Assembly: GCA_963813535.1 (NCBI GenBank)
Contig: CAWEZH010000002.1
Span: forward strand, 96,001 to 160,000
Direction of reading: 5' to 3'
Source of the DNA: an uncultured Chloroflexia bacterium
GTDB taxonomy: Bacteria > Chloroflexota > Limnocylindria > Limnocylindrales > CSP1-4
DNA: 64,000 nt
Shown here piece after piece: positions 19,011-31,094 of the stretch; the first letter of the stretch is position 1; every line of letters begins with the position of its first letter. The position numbers were made by a program, and so were the translations under genes. The notes under the pieces were generated by a model. It had not been told where the DNA came from and ran no database searches. It saw only the letters and a program-made list of their open reading frames with translations.

Positions 19011-20081
19011 GCGGCCCGCTCCTGCTTTCCATCGAGTCGTCCTGCGACGAGACCGGGATCGCCGTCATCGAGGGTGGCCGTCGGATCCTCAGTAACGTGG
19101 TGGCGTCGCAGGTCGCGCTGCACGCGCCGACCGGGGGGATCGTCCCCGAACTCGCGGCCCGGGCGCACCTGCGCTGGATCGTGCCGACCCTCGATGAGGC
19201 GTGGGCCGGAGCCGGTGTCGAGTGGCGTGACATCGACGCGATCGCCGTCACGTACGGGCCGGGTCTTGCCGGCTCGCTGTTGGTCGGCATCAACTTCGCG
19301 AAGGCGCTGTCATGGGTCCATGACACCCCGCTCATCGGCGTGAACCACCTGGAGGGTCACGTGTACGCGGCGTGGCTGCTCGATCCCGGCGAGGACGAGA
19401 GCGACCAAGGTCGAGCCGATCTTCCCGCTCGTTGCGCTGGTCGTGTCGGGCGGCCACACGTTCCTCGCCGAGATGACCGACCACCTCACGTACCGGCTCC
19501 TCGGCACGACCGTCGACGACGCGGCCGGCGAGGCGTTCGACAAGGTCGGACGACTGCTCGGCCTCGGCTATCCGGGCGGGCCGGCCATCCAGAAGGCCGC
19601 CGAAGGTGCGACCAGCCGCGATGTGCGCTTCCCGCGGGCCTGGATGGGCGACTCGTACGACCTCAGCTTCTCGGGGCTGAAGACCGCTGCACGGAAGATC
19701 GTGAACGACGCCCGAACCGCCGAGGGCATCGCGCCGGACGATTCCGAGACACCGCTGAGCGACACCACGACCGCGGAACTGGCATGGGGCTTCCAGGACG
19801 CCGTCGTCGACGTGCTCGCGACGAAGGCAGCGCGTGCCGCGCGCGAGATCGGCGCCCGCTCGATCGTGCTCGGCGGGGGTGTCGCCGCGAACAGCTGCCT
19901 CCGCGAGCGACTGGCCGGCGAGGCCGACGGTCTGGGCATCCCGCTGATCGTCCCGCGGCCCGGCCTGTGCACCGACAACGGGGCGATGATCGGCGCCGCC
20001 GGCGCGCGACGCTTCGAGGCCGGCGAACGAGCGCGGCTCGACCTCGATGCCCGGCCCTCGCTGCCGCTCGCCAGACGCTGA
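19007..20081 (+). CDS. tsaD: t6A threonylcarbamoyltransferase, +1 frameshift near 19405 (probable sequencing error)
   Basis: IESSCDET, GGIVPE, GPGL, VNHLEGH in one frame; VSGGHT, DDAAGEAFDK, SFSGLKT, GGVAAN, CTDNGAMI in the next. Confidence 0.95.
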
Positions 20082-20089
20082 GGGCGGTC

Positions 20090-20974
20090 GTGAGCGCCTC
20101 CGCCGCGATCGATCCGGCCCAGGTCCGGGCGACGCTGCGGGCTGCCGGGCTACGCGCCCGCCACGCCCTCTCGCAGAACTTCCTCGCCGATGCTGATGTG
20201 CTGTCGGGCATCCTCGACGAGGCCGCGCCGGAACCAGGCAGCGGCGTGCTGGAGATCGGCCCCGGTCTGGGCCTCCTCACGGGGGGCCTGCTCGAGTCCG
20301 GCGCTGCCGTGACGGCCGTGGAGCTGGACGCCGGTTTGGCCGGGTTCCTGCGGGACCGGTTGGCGGGACCCATCGAGGACGGCCAGCTGCGTCTCGTCGA
20401 GGGCGACGCGCTCGATCAGGACCTCGTCCGGCTGGTCGCGCCACCGTACGACGTGGTCGCGAACCTGCCGTATCACATCACGTCGCCGATCCTGCACGCG
20501 CTGCTCGGCCAAGCACCGCGGCCCCGTCGCCTGGTGCTCATGGTCCAACGTGAGGTCGCGGAACGGATCGCGGCCCCGCCCGGGAAGATGAGCTACCTGT
20601 CCGTCTTCGTGCAGTACCACGCCCGAGTGCACGTCGCGTTTCGCGTCCCGCCCGAGGCCTTCGAGCCGGAGCCGGCCGTGGAGTCGGCGGTCATCGTGGT
20701 GGAGCCCTACGACACGGACGACCGCCTCGGCCCGGACGAGGAGGACGAGCTGTGGCGGCTGGTCCAGGCGGCCTTCCGCGAGCGACGCAAGATGATCCAC
20801 AACGTGCTGAGCCGCCAGCTGCCGGTCGACGCTCCGCGCGTCGATGCTGCGCTGGCAGCGGCCGGCATCGCGCCCGACCGCCGGCCGCAGACGCTGGCGG
20901 TCGGCGAGTGGCTCGCGCTGCGCGAACTCCTGGCGCCCATCGGCCACGATCGACGCGGGCGGTCAGCACCATGA
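20090..20974 (+). CDS. rsmA: 16S rRNA m6,2A dimethyltransferase
   Basis: SQNFL, EIGPGLG, VELD, ANLPYHIT, MVQREVAER, F..RRK. Confidence 0.96.
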   Translation: MSASAAIDPAQVRATLRAAGLRARHALSQNFLADADVLSGILDEAAPEPGSGVLEIGPGLGLLTGGLLESGAAVTAVELDAGLAGFLRDRLAGPIEDGQLRLVEGDALDQDLVRLVAPPYDVVANLPYHITSPILHALLGQAPRPRRLVLMVQREVAERIAAPPGKMSYLSVFVQYHARVHVAFRVPPEAFEPEPAVESAVIVVEPYDTDDRLGPDEEDELWRLVQAAFRERRKMIHNVLSRQLPVDAPRVDAALAAAGIAPDRRPQTLAVGEWLALRELLAPIGHDRRGRSAP

Positions 20975-21969
20975 CCGACGCCGCGCATCACATGCCGGTC
21001 GTCAGGCTCGCGCCGGCCAAGCTGAACCTGACCCTGGCCGTGGTCGGGCGCCGGGACGACGGCTTCCATGACCTCCATTCGGTGTTCGTGCCGCTCGGCC
21101 TGCACGACCGGCTCAGCGTGGCCCCTTCCGGTGGCACGGGACGCGACACGCTGCACGTCACGGGCGGCGACGCCGGGCCCATCGACGAGAACCTCGTGCT
21201 CCGCGCGATCTCCGCTGCGCGCGAGGCCGTCGGCCAGGGACCGGGGAAACCGCCAACGCCTCCGCTCGCGGCACGCCTGGACAAGCGCATCCCGGTCGCC
21301 GCGGGCCTCGGCGGCGGCTCGTCCGATGCCGCCGCCGCGTTCGACGCCGCCCTCGAGGCGTGGGGCGCCCGCGAGGCCGTCGATGCCGACCGACGGCGGA
21401 ATGCCGCGGCGATGATCGGCTCCGACGTGCCGTTCTTCCTGGTCGGCGGTCCGGCGCTCGTCGAGGGCCGGGGCGAGCGGGTCACGCCGCTCGCCGGCGT
21501 CCATGGCCATCCGGGCATCCTGCTGGTGACGCCGCGCGTGGCGGTTCGCACGCCCGACGTGTTCGCCATCTTCGACGGCGCGCGCCATGGCGCCGGGGGC
21601 GACAGCGCCATCCGGATGACCTCCGCGCACCTCGCCCAGGAGCTGGGCAACGGCCTGTCAGCGACCGACCTCATCGCACGAGCGGGCGTGCTGGCGTCGG
21701 CGAACGACCTTCTGCCGGCGGCGGCCCTCGTGGCGCCCGGCCTGGTCGGGGTCAGGCGTGCGCTGACGCGACTGCTCGGCCATCCGATCGGCCTGTCCGG
21801 CTCCGGGCCGACGCTGTGGACGCTCTATCCTTCACGCAGTGATGCCGAGACCGCCGCACGGACGGTCGAGGCGGCCGTGGCCGAGGGCACGGTGCCCACG
21901 ATCGGCGACGGCCCGCCGTCGGTCATCGCGACCACCATCCGCACAGGGCAAGAGGGAGAGGCCACATGA
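20971..21969 (+). CDS. ispE: 4-diphosphocytidyl-2-C-methyl-D-erythritol kinase
   Basis: APAKLNL, KRIPVAAGLGGGSSDAA, GSDVPFF, LSGSGPT. Confidence 0.95.
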   Translation: MTDAAHHMPVVRLAPAKLNLTLAVVGRRDDGFHDLHSVFVPLGLHDRLSVAPSGGTGRDTLHVTGGDAGPIDENLVLRAISAAREAVGQGPGKPPTPPLAARLDKRIPVAAGLGGGSSDAAAAFDAALEAWGAREAVDADRRRNAAAMIGSDVPFFLVGGPALVEGRGERVTPLAGVHGHPGILLVTPRVAVRTPDVFAIFDGARHGAGGDSAIRMTSAHLAQELGNGLSATDLIARAGVLASANDLLPAAALVAPGLVGVRRALTRLLGHPIGLSGSGPTLWTLYPSRSDAETAARTVEAAVAEGTVPTIGDGPPSVIATTIRTGQEGEAT

Positions 21970-22349
21970 CGCGCGAGGCGATCTCGACCACGAACGCGCC
22001 GGCCGCCGCGGGGGCGTACAGCCAGGCGATCGTGGCCGGCGACCTGGTCTTCTGCGCAGGCCAGATCCCGCTCGACCCGGCGACCGGCGAGATGCTGTCC
22101 GGCACCATCGAGGAGCAGACCGAGCGGGTCCTGCGCAACCTCGGCGCCGTGCTGGATGCGGCTGGTGTCGGCTTCGCGGACGTAGCGAAGACCACGGTCT
22201 TCCTGGCCGACATGGGCGACTTCCCGGCGATGAACGGGGTGTATGCGACGTTCTTCCCCGATCCGCCACCCGCACGCTCCACCATCGAAGTCGGCGCCCT
22301 GCCCCGCGGTGCCCGGGTCGAGATCGAGGCCATCGCACGCCGTCCGTGA
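21966..22349 (+). CDS. ridA: RidA/YjgF family enamine deaminase
   Basis: YSQA, GQIP, N.VY..FF, PPARS, LPRG..VEIE. Confidence 0.92.
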   Translation: MTREAISTTNAPAAAGAYSQAIVAGDLVFCAGQIPLDPATGEMLSGTIEEQTERVLRNLGAVLDAAGVGFADVAKTTVFLADMGDFPAMNGVYATFFPDPPPARSTIEVGALPRGARVEIEAIARRP

Positions 22350-22375
22350 TCGGGCGATCCCCCAGCCCCGCTCGC

Positions 22376-22404
22376 TTGACGCTCACACAGGGCGCCCATA
22401 CCAT
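22376..22404 (+). promoter_or_regulatory. sigma70-type promoter for glmU
   Basis: TTGACG-N17-TACCAT. Confidence 0.7.
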
Positions 22405-22496
22405 CCGGCCGACCAAGTCATGACACCACCCCTCCGCCCGTCGGGCTATGGATGCAACGTGGGCGACGGCCGCCCCGTGCACGCCCGACGCCGCGC

Positions 22497-23983
22497 ATGA
22501 ACCCCCCACGTCCCGATCCTGCGGCCTCGACGGTGAAGGGGCAGACCGGCCGCACCACCGCCGTCGTGCTGGCGGCCGGTCTGGGCACGCGCATGCGCTC
22601 CGCCACGCCCAAGGTGCTCCACCCGCTGTGTGGCCGGCCGATGCTCGCCTATGTGCTTGACGCGTGGGATGAGGTCGCCCAGGACGGCGATGCCACGAGC
22701 CGTCCGGTCGTCGTCTATTCGCCCGCCGTCGACGCGATCCGGCCTCCCTTCGACGATCGGGCCGACTTCGCGCTGCAGGACGAGCCGCGCGGGACCGGTG
22801 ACGCGGTCCGTGCCGCGCTGGTCGCGGTGCCCGACGACACCGACGAGGTCCTCGTCCTGTCGGGCGACGTGCCCCTGGTGAGCGGTGACGATCTCCGGGC
22901 GGTGCTCGGCGCCCGGCGCGAGGACGACGCGGCGATCGCGCTCGTCACGGTCTTTGCCGGCGACCCGGCACGGCTCGGACGCGTCGTCCGCGGCGAGTTC
23001 GGCACGGTCGAGTCGATCGTCGAGGCCAAGGACGCCACCGAGGAGGAGCTCGCCAACAACGAGGTGAACGCCGGCCTGTACGCCTTCGATGCCGACTGGC
23101 TGCGGCGGCGGATCGGATCGCTCAAGCCATCGGCCACGACCGGGGAGCTGTACCTGACCGAGTTGGTCCAGCTGGCCCGCGAGGACGGCCGGCTCGTGAT
23201 CGCCGTCGCGTTCGAGGACGACGGTCGGTTCGACGGCATCAACGACCGCTCGCAGCTCGCGGCCGCGGAGTGGAACCTACGCGTCCGTCGCAACGAGGAG
23301 CACATGCGCGCCGGGGTCACGATGCGCGACCCCTCCACCGTGTACCTCGACTGGGATGTGACGCTCGAACCCGACGTCACCCTCGAACCGAACGTGATCC
23401 TGCGTGGCGCCACATCGATCGGGGAGGGGAGCGTCATCGGCCCGGGCAGCCAGATCAGCGATTCGACGATCGGGCGCAACACCCGTGTGTGGGCGTCGGT
23501 CGTCGAGTCGTCGACGGTCGAGGACGAGGCAGCCATCGGGCCGTACAGCCACCTCCGCCCCGGCAGCGTCGTCGGCCGCGGCGCCGAGGTCGGCAACTAC
23601 GCGGAGCTCAAGAACACCCGTCTCGGACCGGGTTCGAAGCAACATCACATGAGCTACCTCGGCGATACCGAGACCGGCGAGGGCGTCAACATCGGGGCCG
23701 GGACCGTGACCGCCAACTACGACGGCAGCCGCAAGCACAAGACGACCATCGGCGATGGGGCGTTCATCGGTGTCGACACCATGATCGTCGCCCCGCGTGA
23801 CATCGGCGAGGGCGCCAGGACGGGCGCAGGGGCCGTCGTGACCAGGGACGTGCCGGCGGGCAAGCTCGCCGTGGGCGTGCCCGCGCGCATCCGCGAACCT
23901 CGTCCGAAACCGCCGTCGGACGTCGAGAGCGAGGCAGGACCGTCCGCCGAGCCGTCGGAACCCGCTCCCGGTGATGGCGCCTC

Positions 23984-23987
<4 letters not shown>
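22497..23987 (+). CDS. glmU: bifunctional UDP-GlcNAc pyrophosphorylase/acetyltransferase (start uncertain)
   Basis: LAAGLGTRMRS..PKVLH, GTGDAV, GELYLT, hexapeptide repeats, HMSYLGD, NYDG. Confidence 0.97.
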
Positions 23988-25321
<1,334 letters not shown>

Positions 25322-25348
25322 TGCCCGGCGCTCGGCGCCGGGGCGATC

Positions 25349-26374
25349 CTAGGCTGAGATCACCCCGACGATGATCTCCTCGAGTCGTGTGCGGGCGGCC
25401 GGCTGCACGACACCCGCCGCGTCGAGCTCGGCCAGGGCCTGATCCCGATATCGCCTGGCGGCATCGCGCGTGTAGTCGCGGGCCCCGACACGCTCGAGGA
25501 TCCGCACGATCTCTGACGACTGCTCGGGCGACGGCTGGCGCAGCGCGTACAGCTCGACCAGTCGCTCCCGGTCCTCGGGCCCGCCGTGTTCGACCGCGTA
25601 GATCACCGGCAGCGTCTTCTTCCGGTGGGCGACGTCGGACGCCTCCTTGCCGGTGGTCTGTTCCGCGCCCCAGATGCCCAGGAGATCGTCGTTGAGCTGG
25701 AACGCGATGCCCAGCGCCCACCCGAACGCGCGGTATCGGCGGATGACGTTCTCATCGTCGGTCGCCAGCAGGGCGCCCGCCTCGATGGACGCCGCGATCA
25801 GCGCCGCGGTCTTGCGGCCGATCATGTCGAAGTAGGCATCGACCGACATGACCTCGTCCGACTCGCTCGTCGCGATGTCGATGTACTGCCCCTCGCACAG
25901 GGCGAGGCAGGTCTCGTCGTAGAGCCGCATCAGCCGCAGGATCTTGGCGTCCGAGAAGCCGAGATCGCTCAGTCGATGCAGGGCGATGCGCGACAGGCTG
26001 AACAGCGTGTCGCCGGCGTTGATCGCCTGCGGGATGCCGTGGACCGTCCACAACGTCGGCCGATGCCGTCGTTCGCGGTCGCCGTCCTCGATGTCGTCGT
26101 GGACCAGGCTGAAGTTGTGGCCGAGCTCGACCGCGGCGGCGCCCGGCAGGGCACGCCGGTGATCGCCGGCGATCGATGCGTACGCGAGCAGGCCGAGGAG
26201 GGGCCGGACCCGCTTGCCACCGTTGCCCCCCTTGCCGTCGAGCGCGAGGTGGTAGCGGACCATCTCGTACAGCCCATGGGTCGACGGATCGCGGTCCTGG
26301 ACGAGCCGGACGATCTCGCCTTCGGTGTCGGCGATGAGCTCCGCGAGGTCGAGATCCTGCGAGGCGGTGGTCAC
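25349..26374 (-). CDS. short-chain polyprenyl diphosphate (probably GGPP) synthase
   Basis: GGKRVRP, FSLVHDDIED (Phe five residues before the first Asp-rich motif), KT, FQLNDD; GTG start inferred. Confidence 0.92.
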   Translation of the reverse strand: MTTASQDLDLAELIADTEGEIVRLVQDRDPSTHGLYEMVRYHLALDGKGGNGGKRVRPLLGLLAYASIAGDHRRALPGAAAVELGHNFSLVHDDIEDGDRERRHRPTLWTVHGIPQAINAGDTLFSLSRIALHRLSDLGFSDAKILRLMRLYDETCLALCEGQYIDIATSESDEVMSVDAYFDMIGRKTAALIAASIEAGALLATDDENVIRRYRAFGWALGIAFQLNDDLLGIWGAEQTTGKEASDVAHRKKTLPVIYAVEHGGPEDRERLVELYALRQPSPEQSSEIVRILERVGARDYTRDAARRYRDQALAELDAAGVVQPAARTRLEEIIVGVISA

Positions 26375-26540
26375 CTGGCCAGTGTACAACGAAACATGTC
26401 CGCTGTAAGTAGCCTGTTGATTGGCATGAAGGAGCGCCGGTGCGGGGGACGCGACCGCACCGGCGCCTGATACGGATACGGGGGCCGGCGCGAACCGGAT
26501 GAGTCGTTTCTGGTCATCCGATGGTACCGTCCGACCGGAG

Positions 26541-27305
26541 ATGCCCGTCCCCCGTCGCTACACCACCGACGCCATCGTGCTGTCGCGGTTCGATCTCGGC
26601 GAGGCGGACCGGGTCCTGACCCTCATCACGCCGGCCGGCGGCAAGCTCAAGGCGATCGCCAAGGGCATCCGCAGGCCGACGTCGCGTATCGGCGGCAGTC
26701 TCGAGCCATTCGCGGAGCTCACGGTGGCGCTGGCGCGAGGGCGCACGTTCGACGTGGTGACGCAAGTGAGCGTCGGGCACGCGTGGCTCCATCTGCGGGA
26801 CGACCTCGAAAGCACCGCCACGGCGTGGTACCTGGCCGAGCTCGCGGATCGGAGCCTCGAGGAGCGCCATGCCGCCGAACCGCTGTACGCACTCCTGCGC
26901 CGGGCGTACGAGCTGCTCGATGCGGGAATGGCGTCGGGCCGCGTGGCGCGCTGGTTCGAGATGCATCTGCTCGACGAGCTCGGAGTGCGCCCAGAGGTCG
27001 ACCGTTGCGTGGAGTGCGACCGCGTCCTCGAGTCCGACGCGCGATTCCGGTGGGTCCCGCCACTGGGCGGCGTGGTCTGCGATCGCTGTCCGGGGCCGCC
27101 GCACGACCGGACCGGTCTCAGCCTGGACGCGCTCAAGCTGCTCAAGGCCTACCAGCGCCTCGACATCGAGGCGCTCGCCGGTCTCCGCCTGACCGCGCAG
27201 GTGGAGGCTGAGGTGGAGACCGCGCTGCGCGATTTCGTGCGGCACGTGCTCGAGCGAGAGGCTCGCTCGCTGGCCTTCCTCGACGAGGTTCGGACGCACT
27301 CCTAG
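26541..27305 (+). CDS. recO: DNA repair protein RecO
   Basis: GEADRV..LT...GK..AIAKG.R; CVEC...GGVVCDRC zinc finger. Confidence 0.96.
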   Translation: MPVPRRYTTDAIVLSRFDLGEADRVLTLITPAGGKLKAIAKGIRRPTSRIGGSLEPFAELTVALARGRTFDVVTQVSVGHAWLHLRDDLESTATAWYLAELADRSLEERHAAEPLYALLRRAYELLDAGMASGRVARWFEMHLLDELGVRPEVDRCVECDRVLESDARFRWVPPLGGVVCDRCPGPPHDRTGLSLDALKLLKAYQRLDIEALAGLRLTAQVEAEVETALRDFVRHVLEREARSLAFLDEVRTHS

Positions 27306-27591
27306 AGCCCGGTCGACGTCGCGTGACGGGACCTTCGGGCCAGGACCCCCGGTGCACGCGGGCGACACCAACCCCTGACCGGGTGAGCCGCTGCTTGTGG
27401 GGTTGGCGCCGGAAAAGTCGGGAGCGGACACGTTTCCGTGAGGTTCCGATTCGGTGTTGTATGGCCCATACGTACTAGACCGCGAGGCTCCGCGCTGCCA
27501 TGATGCGCTACGTCTTCATCCGAGTCAGAGACGGGGGATCCCGGATCGACTCAACCATCAACCGGGCCCAACCGGCCTACAGGAGGTCCTC

Positions 27592-28412
27592 ATGCGGGGG
27601 TTCTCGGGGCGACGACGAGGCGTGTCGATGCGATCAGTAAGCGTGATCGGCGCCGGTGTCGTTCTTCTCACGGCGCTGTTCGCGCCGACAACGATGGCGG
27701 CGTCGCCCAACTCGGGTACGGCCGTCGTCGACGGCGCGACGGGCGATTGGTCGCTCGGCGCCGACTTCTTCGCGGACATGGCCGATGCCGGCAAGGCCGA
27801 CGCCGATGTTCGCGCCAAGCTGTATCTCAAGTACGACTGTGAAGAGGGTGTCCTCTACGCGCTCGTTCTCGCCCAGAACGGCGAGAAGGGCCGCCAGGAG
27901 CGGACCGACGAGGCCTACGTGGCCATCGACGGCTCCAAGGAGATCGATTCGTTCAACGGCGAGTTCGCGTGGGTCAACGGTGACGGCGTCCTTGCCGATG
28001 GCTTCGAGGGTTCCGCTGAGCTCGAGCCCGGCAGCTATTCGCTCCGCGCTCACATCCTCGTCGCCGACGACAGCGCCGACGGCTACACGCCGATGGATGT
28101 CATCGGCCGGACCGTCCCGCTCGATATCGTGTGCGAGGACGAGTCAGCCGACCGACGAAGCAGCCGACCGACGAGGAGCCGACGGATCCGGTCAACCCGC
28201 CGCCTGGTGGTGGCGTTGGCCCGACCACCGGCACGCGTCCGACCAAGACGCTCCCGCCGACCGATACGATCGAGACCAGCACCGCACCGTCGTCCGGTGT
28301 CGGGATCGTCCTCGCCGTCCTCGGCGTGGGCTCGCTGGCCACGCTCGTCCTGACCTTCGGTCGCCGCCGCCAGCCGGTCGGCATCGAGGTCGAGGAGACC
28401 ACCAAGCACTGA
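27592..28412 (+). CDS. secreted/surface protein with LPPTDT-TM-basic tail; two +1 frameshifts near 28145-28160
   Basis: AGGAGG RBS, signal peptide, QPTDE/EPTD linker split over three frames, KTLPPTDT followed by a hydrophobic helix and RRR. Confidence 0.7.
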
Positions 28413-28422
28413 TGACGAAGCG

Positions 28423-29617
28423 GTGGCGCGCCGCCTGACCCGCGCTACCACGATCGCGGCCGGGGTCCTCGGGACCTCGGCCGCTTTCGTTATGGGCGGC
28501 ATCGCCCTCGGCGGCGCGGCGTCGCAGGTCGCCGAACGCCGCCTGAACCGGGTCCATCGGCCGGGGCCGTACCGGGCGTCGGCACGAGCCGTCGAGCTGC
28601 ATCGATCGCTGACGGTCGTCGACCTCCACGCCGATACGCTGCTGTGGGGTCGCGATCTCGGGCGACGTGCCGGGTACGGGCACGTCGACGTCCCGCGGCT
28701 GATCGAGGGTGGGGTGGCCATCGTCGCCCTCTCCGCATCGACCCAGGTACCGCGGCGGGCCAACCTCGATCGCAACGACGGCAGCTCGGACCTCGTCACG
28801 CTGCTCGCCGTTGGCCAGCGTTGGCCACGCGCAGCATGGAGCAGTCGCTTGGCCCGGGCACTCCACCTGGCGCTCCGGCTGCGCGCGACGGTGGCCGACT
28901 CAGCAGGTCGGCTCAGCCTGATCGAGACCCGTCGCGACCTCGACGCCTATCTCGCCCGGCGCGCGGTCGATCCCGACGACGACCGCCGCGTTCCTGGCGA
29001 TCGAAGGTGCCCAGGCACTCGACGACGATCTGGACAACCTCGACGTGCTGGCACTCGCGGGTTACCGGATGGTGTCGCCGGCGCACTTCTTCGACACGGC
29101 CTACGGCGGCTCCGCTCACGGCGTCGTCAAGGGTGGGCTCACGGCGGCCGGTCGCGATCTGCTCTCGCGCATGGAGTCGAGCGGGATGGTCATGGACGTC
29201 GCCCATGCCTCGTCCGCGACGATCGACGATGTCCTGTCGCTTGCCGTCCGACCCGTCGTCGCCTCGCACACCGGCGTCCGCGCCGCCGTGCCGGGCGTCC
29301 GCAACCTGCCCGACGACCAGGTCCGTGCCATCGCCGCGACCGGCGGCCTCGTCGGTATCGGCTTCTGGCCGGTCGCCTGTGGCGGCGACGACGCGGCCGC
29401 GATCGCTCGGTCGATCGCCGCCGCCATCGGGCTCGCGGGCGTCGAGCACGTCGGCCTCGGATCCGACTTCGACGGCGCCGTCGCGACGCCCTTCGATGCG
29501 TCCGGGATGCCGCTGCTCACCGAGGCCCTGCTCGCAGAAGGGCTGTCGGAGCACGACATCGCCGCGGTGATGGGCGGCAACGCGGTGCGCGTGCTGGCGG
29601 CCTCGCTGCCCGGCTGA
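28423..29617 (+). CDS. membrane dipeptidase (M19), +1 frameshift near 28980
   Basis: DLHAD, HVDVPRL in one frame; DVAHAS, ASHTG, RNLPD, GLGSDFDG, GGNAVR in the next. Confidence 0.9.
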
Positions 29618-29681
29618 TAGCATCGGCGCCCAGCCATCCCGCGCGGCCATGCCACGGTCGCGTATCAGCGGAGAACTCCTC

Positions 29682-31094
29682 GTGACCAGCCCATCCGTCG
29701 ATCCGGACGACGTCGCCCCGGCCGTCCGCGACCTCGACACCATCGTGTCGCTCTCCAAGCGACGCGGCTTCATCTATCCATCGTCCGAGATCTACGGCGG
29801 CATCAATGCCGTTTGGGACTACGGGCCGCTCGGCGTCGAGCTCAAGAACAACGTGAAGCGTGCATGGTGGCGGTCGATGGTCCAGGAGCGCGACGACATC
29901 GTCGGGCTCGATGCCGGGATCCTCATGCACCCACAGGTCTGGGTGACATCCGGCCACGTCGGCAGCTTCAGCGATCCACTAGTCGAATGCCAGACGGACC
30001 ATCGCCGGTTCCGTCTCGATGAGTTGCCGGGGGCGGAGGGCCTGTCGGCCACCGAGCTCCAGGAGCCGGACATCGTCGAGCGGCTCGGCCTGCGCTGCCC
30101 GGTCGATGGCGGGCCACTCTCCGCTCCGCGCCGCTTCAACCTCATGTTCAAGACGTTCATGGGACCGGTCGAAGAGGACGCCTCGGTCATCTACCTGCGC
30201 CCCGAGACGGCCCAGGGCTCGTATGTCAACTTCAAGAACGTCCTGCAGTCGTCCCGCAAGAAGTTGCCGTTCGGGATCGCCCAGATCGGGAAGTCGTTCC
30301 GCAACGAGATCTCGCCCGGCAACTTCGTGTTCCGGATGCGCGAGTTCGAGCAGATGGAGATGCAGTACTTCGTTCGGCCCGAGGGCGAGGCCGCTGCGGC
30401 CTTCGAGACATGGCTCCCGGCGCGCCGCGCGTGGTACGAGCGCTTCGGCGTCACGCCCGAACGCCTTCGGCTGCGCGAACACGCACCGGACGAGCTGGCG
30501 CACTACGCGAAGAAGGCGGTCGACGTGGAGTACCGCTTCCCGTTCGGCTGGAAGGAGCTGGAAGGCGTCCACAACCGTGGCGATTTCGACCTGTCGCGCC
30601 ACTCGGAAGCGTCCGGCGAGAACCTCGAGTACTTCGACCAGGCAACGAACGAGCACGTCATCCCATGGATCGTCGAAACCGCCGCCGGCGCGGACCGTGC
30701 CGCCTTCACGTTCCTCATCGATGCCTATCGCGAGGAGGAGGTCCGCGGCGAGACGCGCGTCTCGCTGGCGCTCCACCCCGAGCTTGCGCCATACAAGGTC
30801 GCGGTCCTGCCGCTGCTCAAGAAGCGACCCGAGATCGTCGAGCTGTGCCACCGCATCAAGTCCGACCTGCAACGTCACACGATGGCCGTGTACGACGACA
30901 CCGCTGCCATCGGCAAGCTGTACCGACGCCAGGACGAGATCGGCACGCCGTGGTGCATCACCGTCGACGTCGACTCGCTCGAAGACGGAGCGGTCACCGT
31001 GCGCGATCGGGATTCGATGGCCCAGGAGCGCGTGCCGATCGAGGGCGTGACTCGGCTGATCCTCGACCGACTGGACGACGCGCGGGCCGGATGA
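29682..31094 (+). CDS. glyQS: glycine--tRNA ligase (alpha2 type)
   Basis: SSEIYGG, DYGPLG, YLRPETAQG, KSFRNEISPGNF.FR.REFEQME, IGKLYRRQDEIGTP. Confidence 0.98.
   Translation: MTSPSVDPDDVAPAVRDLDTIVSLSKRRGFIYPSSEIYGGINAVWDYGPLGVELKNNVKRAWWRSMVQERDDIVGLDAGILMHPQVWVTSGHVGSFSDPLVECQTDHRRFRLDELPGAEGLSATELQEPDIVERLGLRCPVDGGPLSAPRRFNLMFKTFMGPVEEDASVIYLRPETAQGSYVNFKNVLQSSRKKLPFGIAQIGKSFRNEISPGNFVFRMREFEQMEMQYFVRPEGEAAAAFETWLPARRAWYERFGVTPERLRLREHAPDELAHYAKKAVDVEYRFPFGWKELEGVHNRGDFDLSRHSEASGENLEYFDQATNEHVIPWIVETAAGADRAAFTFLIDAYREEEVRGETRVSLALHPELAPYKVAVLPLLKKRPEIVELCHRIKSDLQRHTMAVYDDTAAIGKLYRRQDEIGTPWCITVDVDSLEDGAVTVRDRDSMAQERVPIEGVTRLILDRLDDARAG

Noticed and set aside
18653-20974. 773-aa ORF suggesting a TsaD-RsmA fusion
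   Set aside because: Produced by the +1 frameshift in tsaD; the middle is out-of-frame sequence, and tsaD has its own stop at 20081.
22350-22496. tRNA gene upstream of glmU (as in Actinobacteria)
   Set aside because: No cloverleaf, TTCGA T-loop or CCA end seen; the region is explained by a promoter.
27515-27585. Possible c-di-AMP (ydaO) riboswitch upstream of the LPPTDT protein (CCGAGTC..GACGGGGGATCCC)
   Set aside because: Only a loose match to the 5' part; the central GGGGUGAAU and 3' CCCGUCAGCUAAC segments are missing. An Infernal search would settle it.
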